64,000 nt of DNA, from assembly GCA_951406725.2 (NCBI GenBank), contig OX597825.1, forward strand, positions 28,892,001 to 28,956,000, read 5' to 3'. This document shows positions 43,093 to 56,712 of the stretch, one piece after another. The notes below the pieces were generated by a model. That model was not told the DNA's origin and did not search any database. It was given only the letters and a program-made list of their open reading frames with translations. Both the position numbers and the translations under genes were made by a program. Numbering within the stretch: the first letter of the stretch is position 1; each line of letters opens with the position of its first letter. The DNA comes from Octopus vulgaris. Taxonomy: Eukaryota.

Positions 43093-43252
43093 GTATACGT
43101 ACACACGCGGGCCCGCAGACACGCACACAAACACACACATATCAGTATTACTTGTGATATGCCACTTATATTATATTTTAAATCTTAGCGGTTCGATAAA
43201 TTCCAGTAAAAGAAGTCTCGGGTTAAAATAAGTACCGAAATAGTTGTTATGG

Positions 43253-43559
43253 CTTGTTCCTTCTCGAGCCATGCCATTCTCATAAGGGCCGGTTTCCCGG
43301 TTTCATTGGTGTATAGGTTCCCCACCTGGACGGAACGCTGGTCCATCGCAGGTGAGATGCTAGATGCAGGAGGAAAAATTGAGAGAAAGTTGTGGCGAAA
43401 GAGTCAGAAGAAGTACGCCATTACATTCTGCCGTAGTCGCGTGGAGCTTAGGCATTTCGCTTATAAACACACATAGCCCGGCCTGAGATTCGAACCCGCG
43501 AACCCGCGATCCCACGACCGTGAGTCCGCTGCTCTAACCACTAGGCCATGTGCCTTCAC
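43253..43559 (-). mobile_element. Family C SINE
   Basis: Colinear with 8286-8594. Confidence 0.88.
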
Positions 43560-43889
43560 ACCAAAGTTGTTGTGATTAAAATAATCTTTGGAATGTAGTA
43601 TGACCGCTATTCGATGTCTAAAATCCCTAAGAGAATGTATACTTGTATACGTATATGTGTGCGCGTATGTTTATGTATATATATGTGCCTGTGTGAGCAA
43701 GATCTGAAAGATTAAACTCGTGCCTGCATGTCTGTAAAACTCCGAATAATATTTACGGGAATCATTAACTACAAAACTACAAATACATACTCCACACAGC
43801 GTATTGAGTGAGCATGACTTTATACACCTGGGCACTGTCTACACACACATAGATACCTGCACATATAAACATACATATGTGTATGAGTG

Positions 43890-43970
<81 letters not shown>

Positions 43971-44331
43971 TTATATATATATATATATATAGTTATTTCC
44001 ATCTACACACCCACGTTCTCGCGTACAGCTGAATATTTAATAGTCTTGATCTGGAAGTTGCGTTGTCGATTAAATTGATCTCGGCACTTGATTGATACTT
44101 CATTGCCCCTTGAGGATTAAAAGAAAAAAGCTCAGTCAACTCTTCTGGGATTTGTTCGCGGAACGTACTGAACGCTCGTAACTAAGCACTGCATGGCATT
44201 CTGTTATCTATCGGCATTGTGTTCTTGGAAAATATTAGTTTTTGTACGTTTACGCAAACACTTATTTGCATGGCATATCCTTACATGCATATATATATAT
44301 ATATGCATATATCCTTACATGCATATATAAA

Positions 44332-44638
44332 GTGGAGGCGCAATGGCCTAGTGGTTAGGGCAGCGGACTCGCGGTCGTAGGATCGCGGTTTCGATTCCCA
44401 GACCGGGCGTTGTGAGTGTTTATTGAGTGAAAACACCTAAAAGCTCCAGGAGGCTCCGGCAGGGGGGGGTGATCCCTGCTGTACTCTTTCACCACTCTTT
44501 CTCCCACACTTTCTTCTGTTGGCCTGCTCGCTTAGCCAGCGGGGTGGCGTCATTCGAAGGCTAAAATAATGCGAACGCATTGTGACCAGCGATGTGTAAC
44601 TACATCTGATGGACTGGTCGGTCACGTGATCACGTGAT
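44332..44638 (+). mobile_element. Family C-related SINE with a well-preserved tRNA-like head
   Basis: TGGCCTAGTGG (A box) and GGTTTCGATTCC (B box), followed by a non-tRNA body and a CACGTGAT tail. Confidence 0.9.
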
Positions 44639-44964
44639 ATTCAAGGCGGTGCACCAGCATGGCCGCAGTCAAATGACTGAAACAAATAAAAGAGAATAAA
44701 AGAGAAAAAATATATATATATATAATTATGCATGTATATCTAATATAGGTATGTGTGAGTATATGTAAATATGCACTCACATATGATTGTACGTATATCT
44801 GTGTGTGTGTATACAAAGAAAAATTATTAGATAATGCAGTTCAGTAGTATTGCTTCCCAATAAAACAAAGCGCCATATTATCGACTGCTATTTCCAGTAA
44901 ACATTGGTGCATTGTTGTACCAAATATATATATATATCTACATATTTATATATATGCATGTATG

Positions 44965-45004
<40 letters not shown>

Positions 45005-45630
45005 CATGCATCTGTGTGTGGAGATGCAAGTGTATGCATATTAATATTGATATAAAGGAGTCAAGTATACTTTGACATAGTCTTAATAAGATTCTTTCGA
45101 GCTCATTTTGGTTTGTAGTCCAATATCAGTGCGCCACTCCTGACTGAAGTGTCTTTCATCATGGCCTTAGTTTAATCAAACCATTGTGAGTGTAATTTCT
45201 TAGGTGTAAACTTTGAAGATACTGGTATGGGTGTGGTTTGGGACTGCTCCTGCTCTTTGATCGGTGTGGAATTATTCATTTCCCCGTGCTACACTGCCAC
45301 CTACCTCTTGGGAGATTTCAGCAGCGGAAACCAGAGTATTGCTGCAGTCATTCGGACATTGTTTTCCGTCAGAGGATAACTTCTTTTCCTTCCACCACCA
45401 ACGGATGAACTGAAAAGTCATAGTTGCTGACCTTCCCCATCTAAGACATTCGAAATTTGTGCATGAGTGTATGTGTGTGCATGTGTGCATGAGTGTATGT
45501 GTGTGCATGTGTGCGCGTGTGTGTGTATGTGTGTGCATGTCTAAAGGTTTGTGAATATACATTAGTATACAGCCATACGTATACACGCACACACATATAT
45601 ATTCATACATACATATACATATATATACAA

Positions 45631-45661
<31 letters not shown>

Positions 45662-45724
45662 AATGTATATGCATATATATTTATATATCTATGTATATGC
45701 ATTTATATATCTATCTATCTATCA

Positions 45725-45774
<50 letters not shown>

Positions 45775-45795
45775 ATATCTATATATATATCTATA

Positions 45796-45887
<92 letters not shown>

Positions 45888-46214
45888 CACATATATACAT
45901 ATGTGTGTGTATATAAATAGAAATATTGCATTTCTAAATCTCTCAGAGAGAGTTATGTACTAGCAGCACGATAAAGTGATGATTTGTTGTCAACTTAATG
46001 TGGAAGTTCCAGGAAAGGGAAGAATACTACTGTTATTTAGCCACAAGAAACACCGTTTCTAGTTCGCTACGTGATACAAGTGTTCTGTGTCCTTAAGTTT
46101 TCAAACAGAATATATATATATATTGGGATATATGTTAAGATATCTTGTCTACGAACAAACAAACAAACGCTACTGAAAACAATACCTGCGCCTTCGCTAA
46201 GGTGGAGGTAATAA

Positions 46215-46420
46215 TGGCTTTAAATTTTGGCAAAAGTCCAGCAATTTTAGGGGAAAAAGTTAATCGATTACATCAACACTAGTACTCATCTGGTACTTTA
46301 TTTTATCTACTCTTCATGAAAAAATGAAGCTCACTTCGGACTCAGAACGCAAATAGTCGGAAAAAATGCCGCTGCCTATTTAGTCCGGCATGCTAACGAT
46401 TCTGCCAGTACCGCCTTATT
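46215..46420 (-). mobile_element. Diverged family B-related SINE
   Basis: TCGATTACATC...GGTACTTTATTTTATC...GCTAACGATTCTGCCAG. Confidence 0.75.
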
Positions 46421-47012
46421 AATACTGCCACTAATTATATTAATCATAGCAATAATAATTTCTTTAATAGCCACTGGGCAATTGCTAATGGTACGTTATA
46501 AAAATAAATTGCAAAATGGTGGTTGTTTTCGAAAACTGAATTTATCGAAGAAAAAGGGGGGGAAAATCACAAAGCAAAACAACATACACAAATCAACAGT
46601 GTACATAGTGATTGTAATAAAGCAATCCCTTAGGATGGACATTTATCTAAGCTTCAGGAAGAAACCGTCTGCCGCCTCCTCAGATCTTGATTTACTATAA
46701 ATACTAAAAGAGGATCCCTTTCACAGATACAGGTTTATGTTGAGTATGTGATCTCTTCACACTCGTATTATATAACTTTTCTCTCATTGGCCATTAAACA
46801 GAAGGTATCTGCCTGTTGTTTTCGAACCAAAGAAATGTCGTAGGGTGAATTCAGTTGATTGTCGAGTTTGTCTTAAATATAACAACAGTATATTGAAACA
46901 TTTAAACAATGAATGAATAGTGTTCCTCACTCCGTACACATCACGACGGCCTCCATTGATGATACTATACCTATAAAATTTATCTTTAATCAGTTACGTC
47001 CTCCCACTTCTA

Positions 47013-47536
47013 TATTATTTACATTTGACGGATATTTGTCCTCATCTTGTTTGTTGTTAACACAACATTTCGACTGATATACCCTCCAGCCTTCATCAGG
47101 TGTCTTGGGGAAATTTCGAACTTGGTTTCTCATTCCCAAGGTATTTTCCGATGTTAATATTATTTATTCATGTCAGTGCCTAGAATCGAACTCGGAATCT
47201 TGGGGTTAGTAGCCTACGCTCTACGCCGTATGCCCGTGAACAATTTTAGGGTTTATAAATCTAATATTTTTTCCTCCTTCCTTAATACCGATTCCCATAT
47301 ACTACTCATATCTGCACTCGGTCTGCTTAGGAGGTTGTTGCGTCCTAGCATGCTTCTTTTAGTTTTCGCATTTTCTAGTGGTGTTCTCTGCCTATTATTT
47401 TAACTTCATCCCACAGGGGGAACTGCTCTCTATTTTTCCATATACGATCAGCTATACCCAATTCATTAATATCTCCTCGTGTCACGGCTTTGCGATGTTC
47501 GTCTCCCATTATTTTGAGGGGGCGGCATGTACTCCC
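47013..47536 (-). mobile_element. 3' end of a Penelope-like retroelement: GIY-YIG endonuclease remnant, tRNA-like module and hammerhead motif
   Basis: Minus-strand translation GSTCRPLKIMGDEHRKAVTRGDINELGIADRIWKNREQFPLWDEVKIIGREHH*KMRKLKEA, then a frameshift, then MLGRNNLLSRPSADMSSIWESVLRKEEKILDL* (stop 47253-47255). This resembles the PLE GIY-YIG pattern G.T.R.L..R..EH...IA.H...R.LKEA. Confidence 0.85.
47059..47104 (-). ncRNA. Minimal type I hammerhead ribozyme motif of the PLE
   Basis: GACAC CUGAUGA A GGCUG GAGGGUAUAU CAGUC GAAA UG UU GUGUU; helices I and II both pair. Confidence 0.75.
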
Positions 47537-48289
47537 ACTTTTATTTCGATAGCACTTATGTTCTAAGGCTTTCTAGAACTTGATCCGTATTCTCCTTTCT
47601 GAAAGTTCCATTGACACACAGTCTTTCTCCGAACACGTTGTTACTCTTGGCCACCAGTGGCAACCAATCAAAATAACTCTTAAATATGCTTATAGTGTGT
47701 ATAACTAAGTATAAATATTATTGGGAAAAATACATTTTCGTTTTATTTCATAGTTTATATTAAAAAAAAAATACACAAGTACCCTCTCAAGATTTCGCAT
47801 TATGGATGTTCACACACACACACACACATAACTCACCGTCTCCATTTTTTCACTTTTTCCTTCTTTCTTTCTCTCATACACACATATGCGCATACAAGTG
47901 CACACATATGACACGAATGGCTGTTTTTGATAGAATACAGCGATCCTTTGCTTTAGTGACATGATTTTGGGATTGAAAAGGAAACCAAAGAAACACTCTA
48001 TCTCTGCAATAAGCAAACGAATAAGTTAATGCTTATATGTCGGTTATTAAACATCATTACTATTGCTTTCTACTTTCATTTCTCAAGAGCATGATGGATT
48101 TATTTTATAACGGTAGCATCATAGGAAACAGGACATTTGTTATATGAACAAGGAAGATACCAGTAAAAATTATCGCAAATGGTCAATTGATATCAAATTT
48201 CCTATTCGTAAACATTCAAATAATACATCTCTATACATTTTAAGTTTGCGATTTGCAAATTACTTTTATGAGTACACATGTATGTATGC

Positions 48290-48549
<260 letters not shown>

Positions 48550-49816
48550 TATTTATGTGTGTGTCTATGTATGTCTGTATGTGTATGTATGTATATATAT
48601 AAACAGAGAGAAGGGAGAGAGAAAAAGAGAGAAAGAAAGAAAAAGAGAGAGGAGGCTTATTTCTAATTTAGTGCCCTATCACCTATTTTGATTCTTAAAC
48701 TTCCTGAAAAGATAATTTTTCGATGAAGTAGCTTGCGATTATGCTGATAAAATGATAAAACTATAAAAATATTAGCATATATTTATTGCAAGTATACAAA
48801 TTTATTTTATTTCATTTTATTTTAAGGTAATATACATTTTTCTTTCCAAAATTAGCATTTATTTCATAATTTTGCATAAGCAACAAGAAATGTGATGTAA
48901 GGTAAATTATATTTACAGTATGTATGGCATAATTCCTGAGACTATTCATAATGGCAAAAGTATACTTCCAAATTTACGCCACATATGACGGATAACACCC
49001 TAGTATATATATATTTAGAGAACAAGAGATTGAGTCATCTCCATGCCACTTGAAGTTTCATAGGCGCAAAACATGTCCACATTATTAGATGCATGAAGTT
49101 CGAAAGGAGTAAATTTCAAAGAAATTTAATAATAGCTTCTATAGTCATTGACTAATTGAAGTACTCACGTACTTCAATCTGAACTGTCCAATTGAGGCCT
49201 AAATGTTCCTACCTAAATGTTATTTAAACATTACGTTTAAATTCTTTCTACGCTGAAAGAATTTACGAGGTGGATGTGCCCTGAGCTGTTAAACTTTAAG
49301 TAAACTGGGGCTGAGTCCATTTGTGATTAAATACTTAAAACTCCCCCTAAATGTATTGGAGAATGTTTTCTTTCCTTTGTCCACTCGCTCGCATAAACAC
49401 ACATACGTATGTATATGGAATGTAACGCATCACTTCTCCAAGATCAAATTAAAATTGTAGGAATGCTCGAAGTTTCAGGATATATTAATGTGCGTTCCCA
49501 ATTTCTGTTCCACCACCGTGTTATTATCAGGAGAAATATATCTATGAATTCATTAACAAATGTAAGATTTGAGTGTATCTTAGTTGCTACTTTTAGCTGG
49601 TCAAACGACAGAATAAGGAGCTTCCTTGTTGGCAAATGTATAAACCTATTTATTATCGTTTAGCCCCAGCTATAACTTCAGAGAGCCCTTGGTTTAACCC
49701 GATCATATTGTTTTTCATGTACACGTAGCACTATATTATTCAACAGGTTCTTTCTCAGCATAATAATAGTAATAGCATCATCATCATCATCATCAACAAC
49801 AACAACAACAACAATA

Positions 49817-50025
49817 ATGTGGAAGAAATAGGGGCTACAATAAGGGTGGAGTACTTGCAAAAAACAGCACTGTTTGGAACCACCCGAAAACTTAGGAAGG
49901 TGCTCGAAAAATATGAGGTGTTACCATAGTTCACTGGTAGTGAACAGCTGACACAGCAGTACATCTCCAGCGTTAGAAGCTGTGCAAAGGCAATATTATT
50001 AATAATAATAATAATGATAATAATG
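49817..50025 (+). mobile_element. 3' end of an R4/Dong-like LINE in an (AAC/AAT)n tract
   Basis: VEEIGATIRVEYLQKTALFGTTRKLRKVLEK resembles the terminal LQK.ALLGT..ILR.VL motif; (TAA)n tail. Confidence 0.8.
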
Positions 50026-50325
50026 ATTTCATATATTTGCCACAAGGACGAAGGATCTGAGGGACAATATAGAGACAGACATAAAGTGTCGGGGTTAACA
50101 TATAATAATGAAATGATAATAAATAAATAAATAATAATAAGTTAGGCTGCGATTTGTGGGAGATTTTGCATCTACGTCCAGCATGTCTAATGAGAAGTAT
50201 GTGCCTCCTACTATGGTAGTAGCTACGATAATCTCCCTCCCCATAACCAGCTGCTGCTGATAATGGGGAGGAGGTGGGGGGAGGAGAATGGTGATGCTTT
50301 TCCTGATATTTTTTTCTTAATACCG

Positions 50326-50367
<42 letters not shown>

Positions 50368-50368
50368 C

Positions 50369-50658
50369 GTAAGGGGGATCAGCCATCTGAATGTGGCTAG
50401 GGACAGGGCGGGGTGGTGGGGGTGTTACTGATGCTTTTAGCCCCAGGCGATTATCAACGTCACCAGAAGGGCTTACACCATCTCAGTATCCTTGTTTGCC
50501 TGCAAAGGGAGGTCATCCTCCCTCGAAGATACGGATGCTACATACGGACCGGTTTCGAGGTCATTGCCTCTTATCAGCGCATGGTAAGCACCGCTCTTCG
50601 ATGAAGGATTCCCTCTACAGGCAACATATATAAGGTTTTTCACAGTAACTACTGTCAC

Positions 50659-50661
<3 letters not shown>
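50369..50661 (-). mobile_element. TA-flanked ~290-bp unit with a hammerhead-capped long hairpin (retrozyme-like or PLE-derived)
   Basis: Unique sequence between (TA)n tracts, with an internal fold-back at 50493-50626. Confidence 0.6.
50541..50583 (-). ncRNA. Type I hammerhead ribozyme motif (G8-to-A variant)
   Basis: CAUGCG CUGAUAA GAGG CAAUGA CCUC GAAA CCGG UC CGUAUG: 6-bp helix I, 4-bp helix II, palindromic helix III, GUC site. Confidence 0.78.
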
Positions 50662-50711
<50 letters not shown>

Positions 50712-51589
50712 AAACTTTACTAAAAGCTTAAATATGCGCGCACGCACACACGCACACACACACACACATGTACACACACACGCACACATACACACGCACG
50801 TAGATATATATATATATATATATAGATATAGATATATACACACACACGCGCGTAGATGCATACATACATACACACATACACGCATGGATACATTGCCTGA
50901 CAAATAAGACGATACAGATATATTTAAGTTGTGAGGGAAAACTTGATACAGTTATAATATTTGTAAAGAAAGAACAAAACGATATTCTTATAGTAAGAAT
51001 TATTACTTATATAAACGATTTCATATGACATCTGTTTGAGAAGTAGAAAGCAGTTGAAAGCGCTTCCACAAAACATTCCTTCCATCAGGTCTGTGTTAAC
51101 GATGTTTCCTTTATAATTAATTGATAATTTTAAATTTTAGAAGTTCTTTTTTCAAATATGTATGTACAGACACATAACTCTCACACACGCACACTCACAT
51201 GCACACACATACGCACACCACACACACAAACACATACATACACACACACACCCACATGAATACATAGATATGTGAATTTACGAGCAAAAATAAGTGATTA
51301 AATGTACACAAGCATGCACAATCATACATAAAGCTCCAGACGAGCAGGTACATGAAAATATAACTACACGGAAAAGAAGCAATTATGTTCTCACTCACGC
51401 TGTCTGTCTGTCTACATGTCTCTCCCCCTCTCTCTCTCTGTTTCTCATACATACACACATGGATATATACAGTCACGAACGCACACATACACACACACAC
51501 ACATACTTATGGAACAACGGTGAACTTACCTAAAGAGAGATTTTTAACAAGTTGATTAACCAACCGATCCGTATGTGAATGTATGCGTT

Positions 51590-51637
<48 letters not shown>

Positions 51638-52184
51638 CGTGAGAGAAAGAAAGAAAGACAGAAAGAAAGAAATAGAAATAGAGAGGATGGGAATGAGATA
51701 GGGGGGCAAGAAAGAGGGAGAAGTGAGTGAGAGATAGAGTGCATGAGTGGGCGGAAGACAGAAAGTGGAAAATATGAGAAAGAGAGAGAGAGGGGAGGAG
51801 AGAGAAAGAGAAGGAAAAGAGAGAGAGAGAGAGAGGGAGAGAGAGAAGGCATACAAAGGTGACATTTGTTTAAAATCTAACCAAGTCCGGAGGATATTTC
51901 CATCATGGCGAATTTCCTCCGCAGTTACGTTCTAGTGGTTTGTTTTAAGCGTACTTCTCTTAACGTTATAACTTCAAATCCCCATAGCATCGAACTTACA
52001 TTCTAAGATTTTTCCATTATTATTCCTCTCCTTTTCCATAATTTCGTCAGGTTTTTTTTTCCTTCTTTTTTGAACCTGAGACTACATAACACTGTACGGA
52101 ATTATTTTACAATACTTGCAGACCGAAAACTGGGTCTTACGATATACAAAAGCAACAAACAATTTTGTTAACAAGCCTTTTGTT

Positions 52185-53850
52185 ATAGGCACAAGGCCTG
52201 AAGTTGTTTGGGAGTAGGGGAAAGGGCGAGTCGATTACATCGACCTCCGTACATAACTAGTACTTATTGAAAAGACCCTGAAAGGTTGGAAGGCATAGTT
52301 GACCTCAAGAGAACATTAACTCAGAACGTTAAGACGGACGAAGTGTTATTAGGCATTTTGTCCGGCGTGCTAACAATTCTGCCAGCTCGCTTCCTTAAGT
52401 TTGTTAACAATGGCTTTAAATTTTGCCACCGGGGCAAGTTTTGGAGGCGGGGATGAGTCAATTACATCGACTCCAGTGCGTAACTGGTACTTATTTTATC
52501 AAATTCGAAAGGATGAATGGCAAAGTCAACCTCGGTGGAATTTGAACTCAGAACATAAAGACAGACGAAATACCTATTTCTTTACTACCCACAAGGGGCT
52601 AAACACAGAGAGGACAAACAAGGACAGACAAACGGATTAAGTCGATTATATTGACCCCAGTGCGTAACTGGTACTTATTTAATCGACCCCGAAAGGATGA
52701 AAGGCAAAGTCGACCTCGGCGGAATTTGAACTCAGAACGTAGCGGCAGACGAAATACCGTTTCTGCTAGCTCGCTGCCTTCACGTTTGTTAATAATAGCT
52801 TTCCATTTCTTTCAGGTTAACCAAAACCTAGCGTAGACTTAAATCTTTCAACTCATAGTTGTCTGCTGTCCCTTTCGCCTTCTTTCTTATATATATTTTT
52901 ACTAACATAATTGGAAGACGGCATTCTTTTCTAATCTAGGCACACGGCCCGAAATTTTTCGAGAAGGGGCCAGTCGATTATATCGACCCCAGTACGCAAC
53001 TGGTACTTAATTTATCGATTCTGAAAGGATGAAAGGCAAAGTCGACCTCGGTGGAATTTGAACTCAGAACATAAAGACAGACGAAATACCTATTTCTTTA
53101 CTACCCACAAGGGGCTAAACACAGAGAGGACAAACAAGGACAGACAAACGGATTAAGTCGATTATATTGACCCCAGTGCGTAACTGGTACTTATTTAATC
53201 GACCCCGAAAGGATGAAAGGCAAAGTCGACCTCGGCGGAATTTGAACTCAGAACGTAGCGGCAGACGAAATACCGTTTCTGCTAGCTCGCTGCCTTCACG
53301 TTTGTTAATAATAGCTTTCCATTTCTTTCAGGTTAACCAAAACCTAGCGTAGACTTAAATCTTTCAACTCATAGTTGTCTGCTGTCCCTTTCGCCTTCTT
53401 TCTTATATATATTTTTACTAACATAATTGGAAGACGGCATTCTTTTCTAATCTAGGCACACGGCCCGAAATTTTTCGAGAAGGGGCCAGTCGATTATATC
53501 GACCCCAGTACGCAACTGGTACTTAATTTATCGATTCTGAAAGGATGAAAGGCAAAGTCGACCTCTGCGGAAATTGAAGTCAGAACGTAAAGACAGACGA
53601 AATACGGCTAAGCATTTCTCCCGGTGTACTAACTGTTTCTTTTGTCTTTATTGCCCACAGGGGACAAACAAAGATAGACAAGGGGATTAATTCGATTACA
53701 TCGACCTCAGTGCGAAACTGGTACTTTATTTATCAACCCCGAAAGGATGAAAGGCAAAGTCAACCTCGGCGGAGTTTGAACTCAGAACGTAGCAACGGAA
53801 GAAATACCGCTTAACATTTCGCCCGGCGTGCTAACCGTTTCTGCCAGTTC
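52185..53850 (-). mobile_element. Dense cluster of family B SINEs containing a 516-bp tandem duplication (52529-53565)
   Basis: About eight SINE cores; the identical ORF calls at 52651 and 53167 are 516 bp apart. Confidence 0.92.
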
Positions 53851-54431
53851 GATTTCTTTTATTTAGTCACATGGCCTTTATAAAGAGGGGACACCACAAG
53901 GACAGACAAAACAAGACATTGGTGTACATATAAAACACATATCGAATGGACTACGACTGATAAAAACTCGCCTCCCAAAGCAAGCAGATTCATTTTACTG
54001 TTCTTTTAAATTAGTTTACTTTACAGTCATGTATCTTTTTTTATTTTGTTTTGTTTTTTAAACACACAATTACTACAAATATTGCATAAGATCGTCGAAA
54101 ATTACAACAGGCGGCAACTCGTCGTATCTAAACTGAAGTGGTGATATTACAACTCTTTTTTTCCTTCCAAACAGTTCTACTACTCTCTCTCCCTCTTTCT
54201 CTATCCAATTGCACGTCCTTCTTACCTTCTGAGTTTGCCAATTTCACTCTGAGAACATTGTTCATCTTTGTTACCCACTTTTCGATTTCATCACTTTTTT
54301 CGTATTCTACGAGGTTTCGTAAATATCCCCCTAATAGCTGTCCATTCTTTTCAGTTAATTAAAACTTAGCGTAGTTGTCCGTTGCCCTTTTTCTTCTTCT
54401 TTCTTATATATTTTTCCTAACATAATTCTAT

Positions 54432-54522
<91 letters not shown>

Positions 54523-54557
54523 ACTAACTAACTAACTATCTTATGTATGTCTATATA

Positions 54558-54622
<65 letters not shown>

Positions 54623-55000
54623 GCATAACTCACTCACAAAACCAAATCAACTTGGTATCTTTGTATTTTATATGAGACAACGTAAAATTTCAATCGACAT
54701 GTTAGAAAAACTAGGCACATCTTCGTTATATCACATTTCACGTCTTAAAAAGAAAACGTAACCCCCCACACCCCACCCAAAAACCGTATAGTCGTGGCTA
54801 AAATACCTTTGTGGTTTGCCTGCTCCATCATGACTGTCCTAGGGCTAAACAAAGCAATAATCATAACATTAAATGATCTTTGTTTGAACGCCGCATGTGT
54901 TCGGTGAATTTCGAAAATGAAAGTAGCATGGGATTATAACAGAGATTTATATAAACATGTGTCTCAACACACTTACACACGCGCGCATATATGTATGTAC

Positions 55001-55134
<134 letters not shown>

Positions 55135-55312
55135 GTATATATACATGTATGTGGCGCACATCTTGCAACACTAGGGTTTTGCGTTCAGCCCTACTGCGTA
55201 GCAACATTTGGTATGTGTCATGTGTCTTCTTTTGTGGTCTCGAGCCGACCAATGTCTTGTGAATGAAATTTTTTAGCGAAAACTGTGTGGAAACCCATGG
55301 TATATATATATC

Positions 55313-55373
<61 letters not shown>

Positions 55374-56405
55374 GTATGTATTATGTATACATATACAAAT
55401 GTGTGTGTGTGTGTGTATGTTAGCGTTTGTCAAACATACCCCCTTCCCGCCGTTCTTGACAATCCAAGTTGGTTTGTTTACGCTCCCATAATGTGGCAAT
55501 CTATCAAAAGGGACCGAAAGAATAAGTTCAAATATGTATAGGTGTCGATATGTTTGACAAAAGCATTTCAAAAGTGAGGCCTCAGCATGGCCGCAGTCTA
55601 ATAACTGAAATTATATATATATATACATATACACGCCCCCATCCAACACACACACTCACAAACACCAAACCATTAATTGTATCGTAAGCTAACAACGAAC
55701 CCATGGTCGCTTTCGAACCTCTAACCTGTCATTTCACGAACGATGCCACAAATTACGGCTTACATTGTTAGAATACCTGCTACGATATATATTAACAATA
55801 CCAGCCACTAATATATTCTAGGTGCACCCACTTGACTAAATACAGTCACACACGCACACATGTAACCGGAATAAGATCGCACAAACGGCTAGAAATAGCA
55901 GCTAAAATTTTCCGGCAAAGTAGTCTAGAATCATCGATATAAAAATGGTTAGATTTCTTAGATATCGCATTTCTGTGTGAGTGTGAATGTTTTTGTGTGG
56001 GTATATTATATATATATATATATATATTATTATTATTATTATTATACATATAATATATATAAATACCGAATGGTCACAGGTGGACCAACTATTGGTCACG
56101 TTTGCTGTAATTCTATCATTGTTTATGATTTATATCGTAGCCCTTAAGTATATCGTAATTTTTATGACCATTTGTTGAGGGCCGCTTATGAAAAATAACT
56201 AATTAATGACAATGTTCCGGGTATGCATGTGCTTCGTTACCGGATACAGAGACACAAATAAATATACACACACTCATACACACACAAACATACACCTTCA
56301 CACATAACAGCTATGTGCACTTATACACTCATACACACATACACATATACAAATATGCAAACATGCGTATGTCTATTCAAATATGCGTGTACATGGTACG
56401 TATGG

Positions 56406-56712
56406 GGGAGGCGCAATGGCCCAGTGGTTACGGCAGCGGATTGGCGGTCGGAGGATCACGGTTTCGATTCCTAGACCGGGCGTTGTGCGTGTTTATTGAG
56501 CGAAAACACCTTAAAGCTCCACGACCCTCCGGTAGAGAGTGGTGACGACCCCTGTTGTACTCTTTTGCCGCAACTTTCTCTCACTCTCTCTTTCCGTTTC
56601 TTGAGTAACGCTACGATGCACTGGCGTCCCGTCCAGCTGGTGGGAACACACACGCCACAGAAACCGGGAAACCAGGCCCATGAGCCTGACTAGGGTTGAA
56701 AAGGGCGAAAAG
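56406..56712 (+). mobile_element. Family C SINE
   Basis: GGAGGCGCAATGGCCCAGTGGTTA...GGTTTCGATTCC head; body similar to 8286-8594. Confidence 0.88.

Noticed and set aside
44334-44408. tRNA gene
   Set aside because: A and B boxes are present, but the acceptor stem does not close and a SINE body shared with other copies follows.
45250-45460. Possible internal exon in non-repetitive, GC-richer sequence
   Set aside because: No convincing acceptor/donor pair or recognisable domain; more likely an unclassified repeat.
52185-53850. CRISPR-like or satellite array
   Set aside because: The repeats are SINE copies plus one duplication; there is no constant repeat-spacer period and the context is eukaryotic.
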